From Amphiscolops sp. MND2022 (lineage: Eukaryota), in the NCBI GenBank assembly GCA_964187785.1, contig OZ076414.1, forward strand, positions 55,676,001-55,740,000: 64,000 nucleotides of DNA, written 5' to 3'. The position numbers were made by a program, and so were the translations under genes. Positions 42,209 through 56,316 of the stretch are shown in pieces. The first letter of the stretch is position 1. Each line of letters opens with the position of its first letter. The notes under the pieces were generated by a model, which did not search any database, was not told where the DNA came from, and saw only the letters and a program-made list of their open reading frames with translations.

Positions 42209-44372
42209 ATTTTTTCATCGTCTCCCTATCACTTTCTAATTTCTATTTGTCTTCCTTTATACCGTCTATAAACGTCTAATCACATAGTTTTTCATCACTC
42301 ATTCTACGCAAAATTTTGTATCACCTCATCTCACCATCGCACTTTCAAATTTCCTAAACGTTTGTATAAACTAAAACAATAAATATTTCTATATCATCAA
42401 AAACTATCCTATCTCCAACCCAAAATTATAGACTTCATTTACTCACGAAGAAGAACTTCTTTCTAGTATTGCATCTTTGTCACCACCTCTTTCTCTTATA
42501 TCTGGCACTCTGAATTTCTCCGCTCTCACGCCAATTTCAAAGTCAAATTTCCTTCTTTATACATGAATCCAGCCACATGTAAATTTAGATTTCCGCAGGA
42601 TTGCAACTTCGAAAGCCTCCAAAAATTTACAACAACTTCTTTTCTGGTAGAATAAACGCATTCGCTTCATCCAATTCCACTTCAACTTTATAAAACCAAT
42701 TGAACATGATCTTAACACTATGGTAATATTACGTAACACCCCGATGATAATATTACTGCTCCTTCCGTTAAAAACTCCACCATCATACCTACCAATTTTT
42801 TTCTCAACAAAAACACCCACAAACTTTCGTCTTCCAAAACAACAAATTTACTTCACCTGTCTCGTACCATTCTCACTACTCTTTAAATAACCTCTACACC
42901 ATAGACAGTTATCGTAACTATGATTTGGTTAAGCAGTGTTATATTTTTGCTTCATATCATGATCCTACTCGACCTCTTTTAATCCTGCAAGAAGCTCTCA
43001 ACTTAAACGATGATTTATTATCACCCAATTATGTTACTACTAATGTCGCAAACTTCTTTCCGAAAATGAATAAATTAGTCGAAACGCCTTTTGATGATCA
43101 CTCTCGCTCTCTATACATCGCTAGTTCATAAACACTACTCTATTGCACAATTAAACTTCAGAATTGCCAAACTTTCTTCTTTTATTTTGAAAACACAATA
43201 CAAGCATTTTCCAGCCAAGAATTCTGATGAAATATTCCAACACCAGTAGTCCCAACAAAGCTCTTCCTAAACACGTCCCTCCTTCTACTTTTTTTTTCAT
43301 CGTCTCCCTATCACTTTCTAATTTCTATTTGTCTTCCTTTATACCGTCTATAAACGTCTAATCACATAGTTTTTCATCACTCATTCTACGCAAAATTTTG
43401 TATCACCTCATCTCACCATCGCACTTTCAAATTTCCTAAACGTTTGTATAAACTAAAACAATAAATATTTCTATATCATCAAAAACTATCCTATCTCCAA
43501 CCCAAAATTATAGACTTCATTTACTCACGAAGAAGAACTTCTTTCTAGTATTGCATCTTTGTCACCACCTCTTTCTCTTATATCTGGCACTCTGAATTTC
43601 TCCGCTCTCACGCCAATTTCAAAGTCAAATTTCCTTCTTTATACATGAATCCAGCCACATGTAAATTTAGATTTCCGCAGGATTGCAACTTCGAAAGCCT
43701 CCAAAAACTTACAACAACTTCTTTTCTGGTAGAATAAACGCATTCGCTTCATCCAATTCCACTTCAACTTTATAAAACCAATTGAACATGATCTTAACAC
43801 TATGGTAATATTACGTAACACCCCGATGATAATATTACTGCTCCTTCCGTTAAAAACTCCACCATCATACCTACCAATTTTTTTCTCAACAAAAACACCC
43901 ACAAACTTTCGTCTTTCAAAACAACAAATTTACTTCACCTGTCTCGTACCATTCTCACTACTCTTTAAATAACCTCTACACCATAGACAGTTATCGTAAC
44001 TATGATTTGGTTAAGCAGTGTTATATTTTTGCTTCATATCATGATCCTACTCGACCTCTTTTAATCCTGCAAGAAGCTCTCAACTTAAACGATGATTTAT
44101 TATCACCCAATTATGTTACTACTAATGTCGCAAACTTCTTTCCGAAAATGAATAAATTAGTCGAAACGCCTTTTGATGATCACTCTCGCTCTCTATACAT
44201 CGCTAGTTCATAAACACTACTCTATTGCACAATTAAACTTCAGAATTGCCAAACTTTCTTCTTTTATTTTGAAAACACAATACAAGCATTTTCCAGCCAA
44301 GAATTCTGATGAAATATTCCAACACCAGTAGTCCCAACAAAGCTCTTCCTAAACACGTCCCTCCTTCTACTT
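42209..44372 (+). repeat. Tandem duplication, 2 x 1,082 bp
   Basis: Units 42209-43290 and 43291-44372; I saw only two substitutions; duplicated ORFs are offset by exactly 1,082. Confidence 0.93.
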
Positions 44373-46416
44373 ATCTTGACATCTCCACTCCCCCTTCTCT
44401 AATTTCTTTTCAACAACCTCCCCCTTCATATGTACTACAAACTGTAAATCCAAATGTTTGCATCAACTCCTTTTTTGCCCAACCGATAAATTCATTACTG
44501 AAATTTTATATCTTCTACGACCACATGTCAAATTCTCACCTAATACAGAGCCTTTTGTTATTCTCAATCATGTTTTTCATACATATCGCCATCTTTAAAA
44601 TCTCCTCCAACTTCACATCACTGGTGTTCAAACCTTGAGTTTATCTTCCATTCAATTTTCTCAAAAACTTTTTCCTCTCGAAACTCCTTCTCAAATCCCA
44701 AATTCTTAAACTTTCCTCCTATGTATCTTTTCTCCTTCTTTTATAAACCTTCACCCATCTTTAAATTCCTTTTTACACGTTTTCATTTATCCGGTAATAA
44801 CAAAAAACACAAAAAAATTGTCACAAAACTTTTACAGCAAAATCTTTCTAAAAAATTGACTCTCAAGTTTTCTCTTTTCTCATCATTTTGACAGCTTTTC
44901 CCTGATCACTAACTGCAATTTCTTTCACCTTTCGGTTCCCAAGAAAAACAAACTTCATTACTTCTCCTATTGTCTAAATGGCAAGTGTAAATTACCATTT
45001 CGCAAAATTACTATGTTCATTTTCACATTTTGACATTTTGATCTCATTTATTGTATTCCATAACTTTCCATTTTACTTTCATCACATTTGTACAAAAGCC
45101 TCACTTGTTCACTATTCAGAAGTGACAAAAATTGAATACCATTAACCTTCTTTATCAAACCATAACGGTCTCTTTTCATCACAAAGATATTTTCCATTTT
45201 TGTTCCAGTTTTGCTTCATTCTCACTGGTTACTTTCTCTAGTCCAGTCGCTGTTTTCAATCAATTGGGTTGTCTAGAAAGTGTAGAATTTGGTAAAGATT
45301 TCTTTGAACTTTTAAACGAAATTCATTTTCACTTGTATAATCTTCCCAAAATCACTCTATTGTCGAAATCTATTGTCGAAAAGTAGAAATAACAATTCAC
45401 CGTGGCCTAAGATGCGGCCTGAAATGGACAGTGTATGAAATCCATTGTAGAAATGAAAAATGTCAATGTTAACAATAATTTTCGCTCCCAATGAGCCTAC
45501 CAACCAGTAACAGTGATTAAAAACGTTAATTGACAGTTGAAAGAAATGTACAATGCTATTAATCCATGTAAACCGAGTATAGTTGATAAATAGATGAAAC
45601 CACGGCCCAGACCTCGGCCTGAAACTGAATTTTCGATCCGTGCAATTCAAAAACTATAAATGAGTTGTGCTACTTTTCCAAGCCAATATCTTAATCAATT
45701 GGACTAATTAGTACCCTAAATAACGTCCCATAGACAATTTGTTTCATGTAAAATTTCAAGTGTTGCTTATTCAGCTTATTTCACTGTGAGAGGTGATTTA
45801 TTTTCCTAATCATCCTGGACCGTAGCTCAGGACCAGGACTTTCAACCCCTCTCTCAATCAATACTGCTAACGTGTTGTGAGTGAAGCTATAGTTCTGTTT
45901 GTTGGTCCACCAACATAATTACATTGATCATCAGTTCATGCAGTGATTAAATTGTTTGGACCTATTTGAGAAATTTCTCATTTTCATTGTTGCTTCGTTT
46001 CATCATTTCGCCTTTTGGGCGCGTGCAGTGATTCATTTTTAGTCATTTTGTTCAGCTTCGGCGTCCCAAAGAGGCAGGAATCGGAGGCAAAGGGAAGCGG
46101 GGTCGCAACTCAGACAGGAAGTGGACGCTTGCTTTCCCCGGAAAGCATGAACAAACTTAGAGTCTGAGTTCAGCAAAGCGGAACTGAACTTCCTGTTTCT
46201 CCGCCTTGGAAGGACGCCGGACTGAACGAGATGTGAAAGTATCACGGAATTTTCCCGTTTCACGTGTGCGAAAAGTATATATACTTGTAAAATTTAAATT
46301 AATTTGAGTTGAAAAATTAGTAATCTCACTTGTATAACAATTTTGTTTCCTTCGTTCCGTTAATCAATAAATGTTAAAACTTCCAACTTTCTTCAATTTT
46401 CGTCGAGAAATCGCAA

Positions 46417-46780
46417 ACCAAAAATGCCGAGAGATCGTCTAAAGAAAAGAAAGAAGAGATTCTTTATCCAGTTCACTAAGTGAACCCGAGACCGCTAGCC
46501 AGAGGACTGAAAACGTTCCTAGCATTTCAGACCGAGATTTTTCCAAAATTTCAGAAAAGATTGAAAATCCGTCAGTCAGAGGATAAAAGATACAGAGATT
46601 GGACAAAGAGATCCTCAAGATGATTGAAAATCTATCTTCAAAAATAGATTCAATGTCTGGCCAGGCATCCAGGACCGAAAATTCGGAAGTAGACCACGTA
46701 GATACGAAAAATCAAGCTTCAACGTCCAGATCAGTTGTGATAAACGAGTTGACCTCAACAGTGGGTCCACACACTTAGGA
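46417..46780 (+). pseudogene. Possible 5' gag-like remnant of a Gypsy element
   Basis: ATGCCGAGA... basic N-terminus then coiled-coil-like DFSKISEKIE..ILKMIENLSSKID, with frameshifts. Confidence 0.35.
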
Positions 46781-47599
46781 GAATAAAACGAATTGAAAGG
46801 TCAAAACTGTTTGATAGCGACTCAAGCTCCAATGAAGAAGTCTTGCATGTACTAGTTGAATCTTCGATTGAAGCTGTAGATGTTGTCAAATTGGAAACTC
46901 TCACAAAAGGCAAACCAATTAGGTTTTAGAAAAATCTGTTTTATAGTTACTCTTTGGAAGATGTTGCGTAGCATTGGGTACAATATTCGATTAGCGAATA
47001 GTAGGACACTTTAGAGTTGGAGATCTCAGTGCAAGGCATACATTTCAGTAAACGGCTAAGCGGATCCGGTTCGTGTGGATTCTTTGAAAACTTGTTGTAA
47101 ATGCTGAGTAAAATAAAAAAAACTTTGAAAAACAAACCAACGAAGCTTTCCGTCGTTTTATCTTGTTCACCGTAAAATGAAACCTGATTGTATTTCGTCA
47201 TTTTCTACTTTAGAGTCTTTCACCAACAGATCTTTTATTGCCTTTATTGTCTGCTTTGTGCTGTCTTTTTGTTTGTGTGGTTCAAAAACTCTAAAATGAC
47301 CACGCGATTTTTTTCAATCATTTGAAGTGAAAACTTAGAATTTTTTCTCGTAAAACAAATTTCAAGTGTCAAAAATGTTGAAGCTTTCTGACAAAAGTTG
47401 CAGAGAGTTATTTACAGCTCCGACGCATCGTGCACCGGTGGGCATTGGGATCATGGGAATGCAAGAACTGCTGGTTGTTTGAAGCGGTGTTGTGGTATCT
47501 CCAAATAGTGACCCGCTACCACCATGAATTGTGTATTCTGGTCTTTCTGCTGTAATCAATCCTAGCTGATATTGAAGTCTCAATCTCCCTCCCCGCTTT

Positions 47600-47913
47600 C
47601 CACTGTAGTGACATCCTGCATCCGGCATCAACTGGAACTCATCCGAGAAAGCATCTATTGCGTTCAACTGACAACTCCTGTTCTCACAAAACGTGAAAGA
47701 CGAACACTTCGAACTTTTTAGACATCGGAGTGCGCACTTGCGTTTCGAAGATGCCAGAAAAATTTCAAGGCGATTCGATTTTGCAAGACTTCCTTTGCGA
47801 AAATCATCAAATAGGACAATTTGCCGTTTGGCGTTTTCGCTTGCATCGGTGAATACCAGTGCCAGAGCAATAACAACGTTCCAATTTAAAAATAAAAACA
47901 TAGATCCAAGCAC
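47600..47913 (-). CDS. Secreted PAN/Apple-domain protein, first exon or fragment
   Basis: Hydrophobic leader (VVIALALVFTDA); CALRCLKSSKCSSFTFCENRSCQLN...C PAN cysteine pattern. No canonical donor after the domain, so possibly a pseudogene. Confidence 0.55.
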
Positions 47914-49299
47914 TTCTTTTTAACTGCTAATACTGGTTCGAAACTCTGGAAAACTGATGCGAAACTGGTTTTGCTCTTGAATAGTTTATACAAAGTTATC
48001 GTCTTGAAATATGTGCTAGTGAAGATTTTAAACTGCTTTGAAGATAATTGCAGCTTTAACTTTCATTGTTGACGAAGTGTTTTTACATCTGAGGAAGTAA
48101 TAAAGTTTCTTCACTTCATCCTCTTTCTAATGGTAAACTAAGGAAAAAGTCAACAAAGTATCAGGTGCGTTAGATGAAGCTTTAAAGATTTTAAGTTCGA
48201 CCATTTGTTTGTGTTGTTAAGAAAAAAGGAGAATCAAACTTCAGTCTTTTGTTGTCTCAGCAAATTTTTCCATTTTAAAGATAAAGACATTCTTTCTTTG
48301 TTCTAGATGATGACTTTGAATGAAAATCAGGGAACTTTTTTCATTGATGAAAAAATCGAACTCTATCACAATTTCAATGCAGATACCTCCTGAGATTTCA
48401 AAACTCCTCAGTGTTTGAAGAAATGGCAAGAAAGCCCTTTTTTGTATTCAAAGACTGCACTGCGCCAATTACAAGGAAGGGAACATGGAAGCAATCACAC
48501 ATTGGTTGGTACTTGGTAGTAAACTTCAATTTATGGTACCTAATTATTCCAACTGAACATCCAAGTACAACTTTTTTTTTCAACTTATGATTTTTTATCG
48601 TGAAGTTTCGAAACAGTCTGAGACTGAAGCTAAAGCTGTCTTGTCCATGTGGCACTGTTTGTAGCAGAAACAACAACTTCTTGAAGAGTTGTATAACGAA
48701 CAATTCCTGGTCAAATTACCGTGGTTGATATCGACACTTTTCAGGTCACAATTATTCGATTTGATTTCCCCCTTAATGCCTAAATGCCAACAAGGGGCGC
48801 AGTTTTGCATGAAAATTAGTTCAATCAGGTGCAGAAGAATATCGTATTAGTTATGATCGTATTTCGTTCTGAAATTGGCGAGGTTGAAACTTGCCCGAAA
48901 ACACTGTTATCGGGTACAAATTATTAACGTCTGGAAACTGGGTGAGAAAAGATATGCCCCGAAAACCCTATGTACCAGAAATCCCACAGCCGATATGTTA
49001 TGTTTTTATTCTAACTACTTTCTTTTTGATCCCGCCAATCCCTTCACAATGTCGACAGTTTTCTACATGTAAAAATATCTCCCATCAAAGCTCCTAAAAT
49101 GGCGATTTCAAAATCCTAGACTAATAGTATAAACTTTTACAAATCGGAGACGTTCAACCAAAGTCACAACTTTTATTCATACTACTTCTAATTACAACCT
49201 CAAAGCAAGTGCGAAGGTGTATATTTAATTTGGGTCACTAAATATTTGCAAGTGTGAATGCTGTGCACAATTACTGAATCCTTGACTTCCAGGTGTTGG

Positions 49300-52200
49300 A
49301 AAGGCGCAGGAGCCCACATCACGCCAAAAAACATCAACTTAGAGGATTCAAAAACTGATGATGCGTCTACCAGTCACAGTGACCCGGTGCGTCTACCAAA
49401 CGCAAAATTTTGGAAAACCCAAATAACTAGATTCTCGACGACTCCATTTAAATGAAAAATTACGAGTCAGACAGTATATTGTTTCTGACCCTCCTAATGT
49501 TTATTCTACTGAATATTATTCTTCACTTAAAGAAACATCATCAGCTGACTGGCAGCAACAGATGATGACTTCTTCAACATACTTGCACAACTTGCACCAC
49601 GAGTCCAACATACTACAACAAAATACTTCAATTCTACAACCCCTTCCGCTAACAAATGACCATAACCCCTAGTACCCCTACCCAGGGTATGGTTTTCACC
49701 CCTTTTGGGACAACACACTACTTTAACGAGTATCCATTTGGTTTTACAACAATCACCACAAACCAGACAGTGAGATAGGGCCTGACTCTTATGAAATCGG
49801 TAGAATTCTAAACCATACACTGACCGACGCGCTGAACGACTTGTGGCAAACTAGAAGTATTCTCGTCCATCCCCACAGGGGCTGGAGGAGTAGTTTCACA
49901 AAACTAGAACACAGGTGTCTTTACCAACAACAGTAAAAGCACATTCTAAGAAAACTTTAACAACCCGAACAGGTGAACCAGCCTTTGCACCGCTCACCAC
50001 TAACTTAAAAATTGTGCTCTAAGTTGTGCTTTAAGCGTGGACTCAAATTTAAACGACAAATGCTCTATTTTCCATTGGATTTTGGCGAACTAACATAAGA
50101 TGTTCTTGTAGAGACGGGAGCTTTGACTAGTGCGATCCGAGAAGATGACCTACGTCAAATGCGATTACTTGCCCCTCAGTCAATTGTCAAAGAGTGCCAA
50201 GTTCCAAATAATGGTCGCAAATGGACAGCTGTAAAATCCAAAGAGCACTGTCGAATTAAAATTTTAGGTCCACGACATATTTCTATGAATTTTCCGTTTT
50301 TCTCAAAACAAATGAAAACTGCGCACAACAAACACACTAACGTCATGGATCCTATCTGTACCCGCGAGGACGTTACTCTTCCACCCCTGATAGGCAACCC
50401 CTCTTACTGCATCCACAATTGTACAGTGACATCATAGTCTTTGCCATCCTTCAACCGAGCAATGCACTCACCAAGGATGGAGATATTACCTTCTGTGCTG
50501 CTCTAGTCGCACTGACCCAAAGTAAATCTACGATTCACGTGAATACCTTCACTGACCATCCTTATACGCCCAAGAAAAGTTCGCACATAGCAAATTTCTC
50601 TGGCACGACATCAGAACAGATGAAATATGTCAAACCTATAGATCCGGTGACTTTATGGCTCCTTCTACAGGAAAACCTCGAAAACGCCGCCTACTATGTG
50701 AGCAGCTTGAATGAATCCAACAGATTGGAGGACTTAAGACGAACTGCTGGTTCCCTGCACCAGAGGTTCCTAGAGAGCGTCTAAATCACCGACCAATCCA
50801 GTAACGTAACATGAAGGACCTCCAAGGCCTTCAGGATTAGAAAAACGAAACCCTCAGGATGATCCTGAGTCACGAAAACATTTTCTTCCTAATTTTGACT
50901 AGACTGATTCTATGTTGCAATCAGATGAAATAGCTCGCATAGAGGACCTATTGGTCGAATCCCACAAAATATTTGCAAGACATCGGTTCAACATCAGCAA
51001 CAGCTAGGCTTTCGAGGTCAAATTGACACCCAAGGCTGCTTCCCTTGCCTAAAGACAAAGTTTATCAACACCAATTAATCGCAAAGAGGACATCCTTATG
51101 GATATTGCACTTTTGTACCGCTTTGAGATAAAAACAACATTCCCATTTTCTAAATACGACAATCCGATCTGCAAAAGTCCATCTGCAAAAACGAAACTCA
51201 AAAGGAAACTACTACTTTTGGTTGATCCAAGGAAAATCAATTCTTCAATTTGGGATGATTACATCAACAACAATCGTAATGTCCGAACACTCATTGACGC
51301 AGCCCAACAAATCGCAGGAAAAAAGCTATTTTGCAATACCAGACTGCTCTCAGGAATACCACTGCATGCAAATGGCCGTACAAATGTCTATAGAGAAGCT
51401 GGCATTCAATTTTTCGAGCAAAACTTTTGCATATCGCAGACTAGCACGAGGATTCACTCGAGCGCTTTTCATTTTTTTGCGAGGAAATTTAGACAAAGTC
51501 ATCAAAGCCGAACAATTCGCTCAATACGTCGACGACATCGGAATACACGCCAATGATGCAGAACAAATCCTCAAAATCCCAAGCGCATTCTTTGAAGGCA
51601 TACAAAAGCAGGCTTGAAACTAACGATGCCTAAATGTCACTTTGGGATCACGGATATTGATTTTCAAGGACGCACCATCACCCCACTTGGGTTGAGGCCG
51701 CAGCGACCTTCAGTCCAAAATAGCCTGGAAGAGACGTAATTCCGAATTCAAAGAAAGCACTCCAAAGATACCTAAGCTTCTTGAATTCTTACCGCAACTG
51801 TATACCCAGGCTCTCAACAAACACCATTTTTCAAACAAATGAAAAATGAGAAAAAAGTCTTCATAACGACGGCCTCATTGCAAAAATTCACCGAAATAGT
51901 CAAGGCTCATGATCAATGATGCGAACTAGCACTACAACAACCCCTGTTTTACAAACAAATCGCTCTACGGCCGACGCTAATACTACGACAGCAGGTTTTG
52001 CAGTCCTTATCGAAGATGATCCATTGGAGAAGTTTACTTCTACCAGGAAAACCTTCGCACCAGTGGCCTATGGAGACATCACCTTCAGTCCCACCGAATT
52101 AACAAAGTCCAAATATGCTAAAGATATCTTAGTAAAGTTTTTTGGCTTTTTGTTTTCAAAGAATTTGGACATATATTTCTTGGAACCTCGAAAACGGTGA

Positions 52201-53400
52201 TCATACTAACAGACGAAAAATTAGTCACCTACATTTTTTGACAAAAAGAATTCCGCTTACAATTTAGAGTCCATGTGTTCTCGATGGGTAGGTAAAAACC
52301 ACTCTGTCCCTGACTATCTGTCAGGTCTAAAAATGTCGAAAACGTCGAAAGAATCTTTAGACTCCGTGAAGACGTCCCGGCATTATCTATTGAACTTAAT
52401 GTTCAGTCGGCTAGAGTCACAGAGCAAGACCAATACTTCTATACCGACGATGACGAAGAAATCAAAAAACGGCTCTGGCAAAGAAAAAACGAAGCCAGGA
52501 ACAATCCGTCTAATCAGCAGCCTGACATTTTGTTCGAGAAATTTAGTGTTCACTACGCCGCAAACCCTACAAAGTCAACTTCACAAAGACTGTCCAACAA
52601 CAACACCTTCGCTATTGAGCAACCCAACGAAATCCATTTACAGTAATTACGACTTAAACTGCTGAAAGAAGAATACCCTAAGTTATCCTACAGCAAGATC
52701 ATCGCTACCGCAGAGTAGTCAGATTGACCGGCTGTCCATCCAAGATGACAGTATTACTAGAGAGTCTTTCGACGAAACCAGAAACGTGTACAATGAATTT
52801 TGCAACAACGAAGCATCCGTAGACAATAAGTCAATTGGAAAGGACCCTTGTGAGTCTCTAAAACCAACACTTAAATGTCTTCTGGCTAATATAGACGTTA
52901 AGGGCAAAAATACTTTTCTTTGGCAGCACTAAACTACAAGTTCAGGATGTGAATCTTCCAGGATTTTTCATGGAAGGGTACCCAACAACATTTTGAACCA
53001 ACAATTTTTTTATTAATTCCAACCCGAAAATCCCACCAACAATGGATTTTGCGGGAGAATTTCAGCGAGGCACTAAAATAATCATTGATACGACGAAGAA
53101 AAACATGATGCAATCATATCTGAAATACAAGCATTTTACGACCAGAAAGCAAGAACAGCACCATTAAAAGAACAAGTTTTTCGTTTTATACTACAAGCTT
53201 TAGTTGATCATCAGGGTTCAAAAATGCCATTTCAAGAAATCCGGTACAATGGACCGTACGCCATCGAAAAGGTACTACCAAATGGAAACTACTTTGTACG
53301 CAAACTTAATACTAACAAAACACAAATCCCACAAATCCGTCTACGCAAGTATAACCCAAAAGGAAAAGACAACTTAAATCAGACTAACTCAAATCCTAAT
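49300..53400 (+). pseudogene. pol: Decayed Ty3/Gypsy pol (protease remnant-RT-RNase H-integrase)
   Basis: RT: AGKKLFC, CSQ.YH, TFAYRRLA.G, QYVDDIG (51525); RNase H: DA....GFAVLIEDD...PVAYG; integrase tail GPYAIEKVLPN (53251); many stops and frameshifts. Confidence 0.88.
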
Positions 53401-54218
53401 AAGTCCGAAGACTTCAAATACAAGTACTTTTAACTAGGTGATATACGTTTAAAAACTTAATCAGCAGACTAAAGGTGCCAACGATGGCACTGTAACAATA
53501 CATAACAACAACAGCAGAGCAAACTAGATAAATGAAAAGCAGTATTATGAAACAACATGGTACAAGTCTACAAATAAAAACGATTGTACTCAAATTACAG
53601 TTAACCATTACTGCAGCTGGCAAGAAGACTTTCCACGGGTTGAGTGAGCTCTGTATCAGACAACAACTGATTGGGACGTTTTCATGAACAGTGATGTTGC
53701 AAAGAATTAGGAGGCTCATCTGACGTTGACAAAAAAGACAGTGTGTCAACTGCAACATCCCGACTGCAGTTTCCAGCAGGGTCAATTGTATTCGATATTG
53801 AAGCTCGTCCAAAAAGATCAAAATCTGACCAAGGGCTGTAATTATCAGAAGCATTTCCAAAGGTAGGCTCCAAAGACAGGAATCTGAAACAGATGCGTCC
53901 GAGGTCTGGACTTCCACATTACGGCCAACATTGATGAAGAAAGATTGCACTGGAAAAACAGTGTCGGCCAGTTTACTTTTTGAATTGTCAGTCCGAACGG
54001 GACCGAACCGAACTTTACAAGCAACAAAGATTCCTCACGACACAAACAACTGAGCTTTAACGAAGCAAATGTGGACGAGACTTACGTCCAGCCTGGCCAG
54101 AGATGAAACCGACCGCATCAGGGATGACGTGCAAGGATACCCTTGTACTTCACTGAAGAGGAACTCTACGCGCGAGTCGGCCGATCTCCTCCCTATTACG
54201 TTGTTTAAGCGTTTCAAT

Positions 54219-56293
54219 TGTAAAGGTTCGATTGGGTTTAGGAGAAAATTAGTCTTCTGAGATTCTTGGTCAATAGTGTTTAGGAGTTAGTTTGCGACTA
54301 TGCCTTCCTAAACCTTTACAAAAGTTGTCTCTAGGTCTTCCGAGTTCGCAGGAAGGACTTTGTTTCGAGAGAAGAGTTTGAATATATGAAAAGAATTTGA
54401 ATTAGTTCGAGTATTATATTCAACAATGTTTGTTTTTACACAATACGCAAGAATACAATACAAACAGAATAATGTAATCATCCAAGTTGACACAAATATC
54501 CAATCAATAATATCTGATTTGTTTAGCATTCACCACAAATAAATACATCAATTATTTAGGGAGCAATGTTCAGGTAAGTTGTTTAAATACTATAAAAACT
54601 GGAATTTTCTGATCTTATTGTCCAACAATTTGATTAGGACAAGTGTGCTGACTTTTGGCCAGAATTCCAGTCTATTCAGACCGGTTTGGGGTTCCTAGAG
54701 TTCTCAACAATGTAGTGAGAGTTACTAAGTCTATTGACAATTCACGTGACACGTTTGTCACACGTTCTAGCTTATAGGAAGCGAAGAACTAGCTTATAGG
54801 AAGCTGAGAGTTAAATAAAATAGTTTTAGCCTATATGACCAGCCAATTACTAGGTCGAAGACAGGATTGTCTTGAGCATAGACTTATAAGAAGTCTTGCG
54901 AATCTAAGTAAATTAAGGGTCTTATCTAACCAGCATTCGCTAGGTTTTTGTTCGGACAAGATTGCCGATTGGGCTCGATCCAGAGGTTCGGTGCCGTGTT
55001 CTAAGAGTTTTAACCTATTGCAATGGACCAGCAAGTTTGCTAGGTCGAGAGGAAGACAAGTTTGTCTAAAGACTTTGAAGAAGTCTTGTGAGTCTAAGTG
55101 AGTTAAAGGCCTTATTTCAACCAGCAGTTTGCTAGGTTGCTTTTTAGACAAGATTGTCAGAATTCTGTTCAATACTTTATAAGGTTACATGCATTTTACT
55201 TTTTAATCAGTTTGTTTTACTTGCAAGTTAGCTGCAGTTATTGAAATGATCTAGACTAGCAGTCGCTAAGTCTTGACGCAATCGCGTACTAAGAGGAAAG
55301 TGATCTCCGTCGAGAATTGTTTGGGAGCGTTTAGCTCTAGTTAGTTTTCCCTATGATTTTCATAGGAGAACCTTGTCGGTTGTTTGTCTCTTCAGTCACT
55401 AGGACTGGGGGTTGTCTATAAAAGACAGGTAGTAAAAAGGAGCAAAGAAAAAAGAGAGAAATTTTGAGTTGTGAATTTTGAAGTTATTTTCTAAGTTAAA
55501 GAAAATAACTAACCTGAAGTTTGAAGCAAAGATTGGGTCGGAGAGATTTGTTCTCACAAGAGAGAGATTTTTTTGAGAGAGATGATTTATAGCAGAGGCG
55601 AAGAGGAGAGTCAGAGTGAGAGTGTGTGAGAGAGTTATGCGAGAAAATTATTAATCAATTTGCTAGAGTCCGGCTTTTTATACGAGCCGACCGAACGGTA
55701 CAACCAATCAAATCGGTTGGCGTTTTTTATTGGATACGAAATTATTTCGTCATTATCTCGTCAATATTTTGTCCATAATTGGAATCGCATTCACTATTGG
55801 ATGCAACCGAATAGAAGTCGGCGGGGATTGCATCAGCTACCGAATATGTTCGGCTAACCGAGTTGGCTGACGCAACTCTTTGTATTTGTCAGGGGAATTA
55901 ATCCTCTCAAGTGGGGGACTTTGTTCCCACTTGAGAATTCTTTTGTTTAAAATTGAGAATTTGGCCGTACAAGTGGCGCCTATTATTCTCTTTTCAGAGA
56001 TATTTACTGGCACAAGTGGCGTCGCATATTGTCTTTTCAGGGGAGATAAAAGATAATTGTTTGCACAAGTGGCAAGCGTTTTCTTTTGTAGAGGGGAATT
56101 CTCCCTTTCATATGACGCGCAGCTGTAATTTTGTTTATCTCTAAAATTCTTTCAAGCGTGCCTGGAGAATTGAAAGAATTTGAGTAAGAGTTCACAAAAA
56201 TTGAATAAAAAAAATTCTAGCTCCGATTGAATAATTTTCTAAATATGTTTTTTCAAATATTAAAATGAAGAGAAAGTTGTGTTAAACATAACA
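54219..56293 (-). repeat. 3' LTR (2,075 bp)
   Basis: Direct repeat of 61810-63884 (offset 7,591); one mismatch noticed (GACACGTTT vs GACAGGTTT). Confidence 0.96.
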
Positions 56294-56316
56294 ACTCACC
56301 CGGGGTTTAAGAATGA

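Larger units (their letters stand above)
37393..44700 (+). mobile_element. Decayed, internally deleted Gypsy-like LTR retroelement with env remnant (approximate right boundary)
   Basis: PBS TGGTGCGACCA at 37396; pre-RT peptide at ~39250-39450 (KYQHCYATLRNDVG...QRP); integrase tail LKPLRIGSYK at ~39990; env remnant; many stops and frameshifts; strongly G-poor plus strand. Confidence 0.75.

Noticed and set aside
48241-48810. Possible decayed enzyme gene (methyltransferase-like glycine motif)
   Set aside because: Motif too weak and frames broken; not supportable by eye.
54308-56144. Short ORFs inside the LTR (duplicated at 61899-63735)
   Set aside because: No motifs, both strands, mostly non-ATG starts; duplicated only because the LTR is.
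56294-56312. Canonical polypurine tract before the 3' LTR
   Set aside because: The minus strand reads CCCCGGGTGAGT, only weakly purine-rich, so no PPT feature is called.
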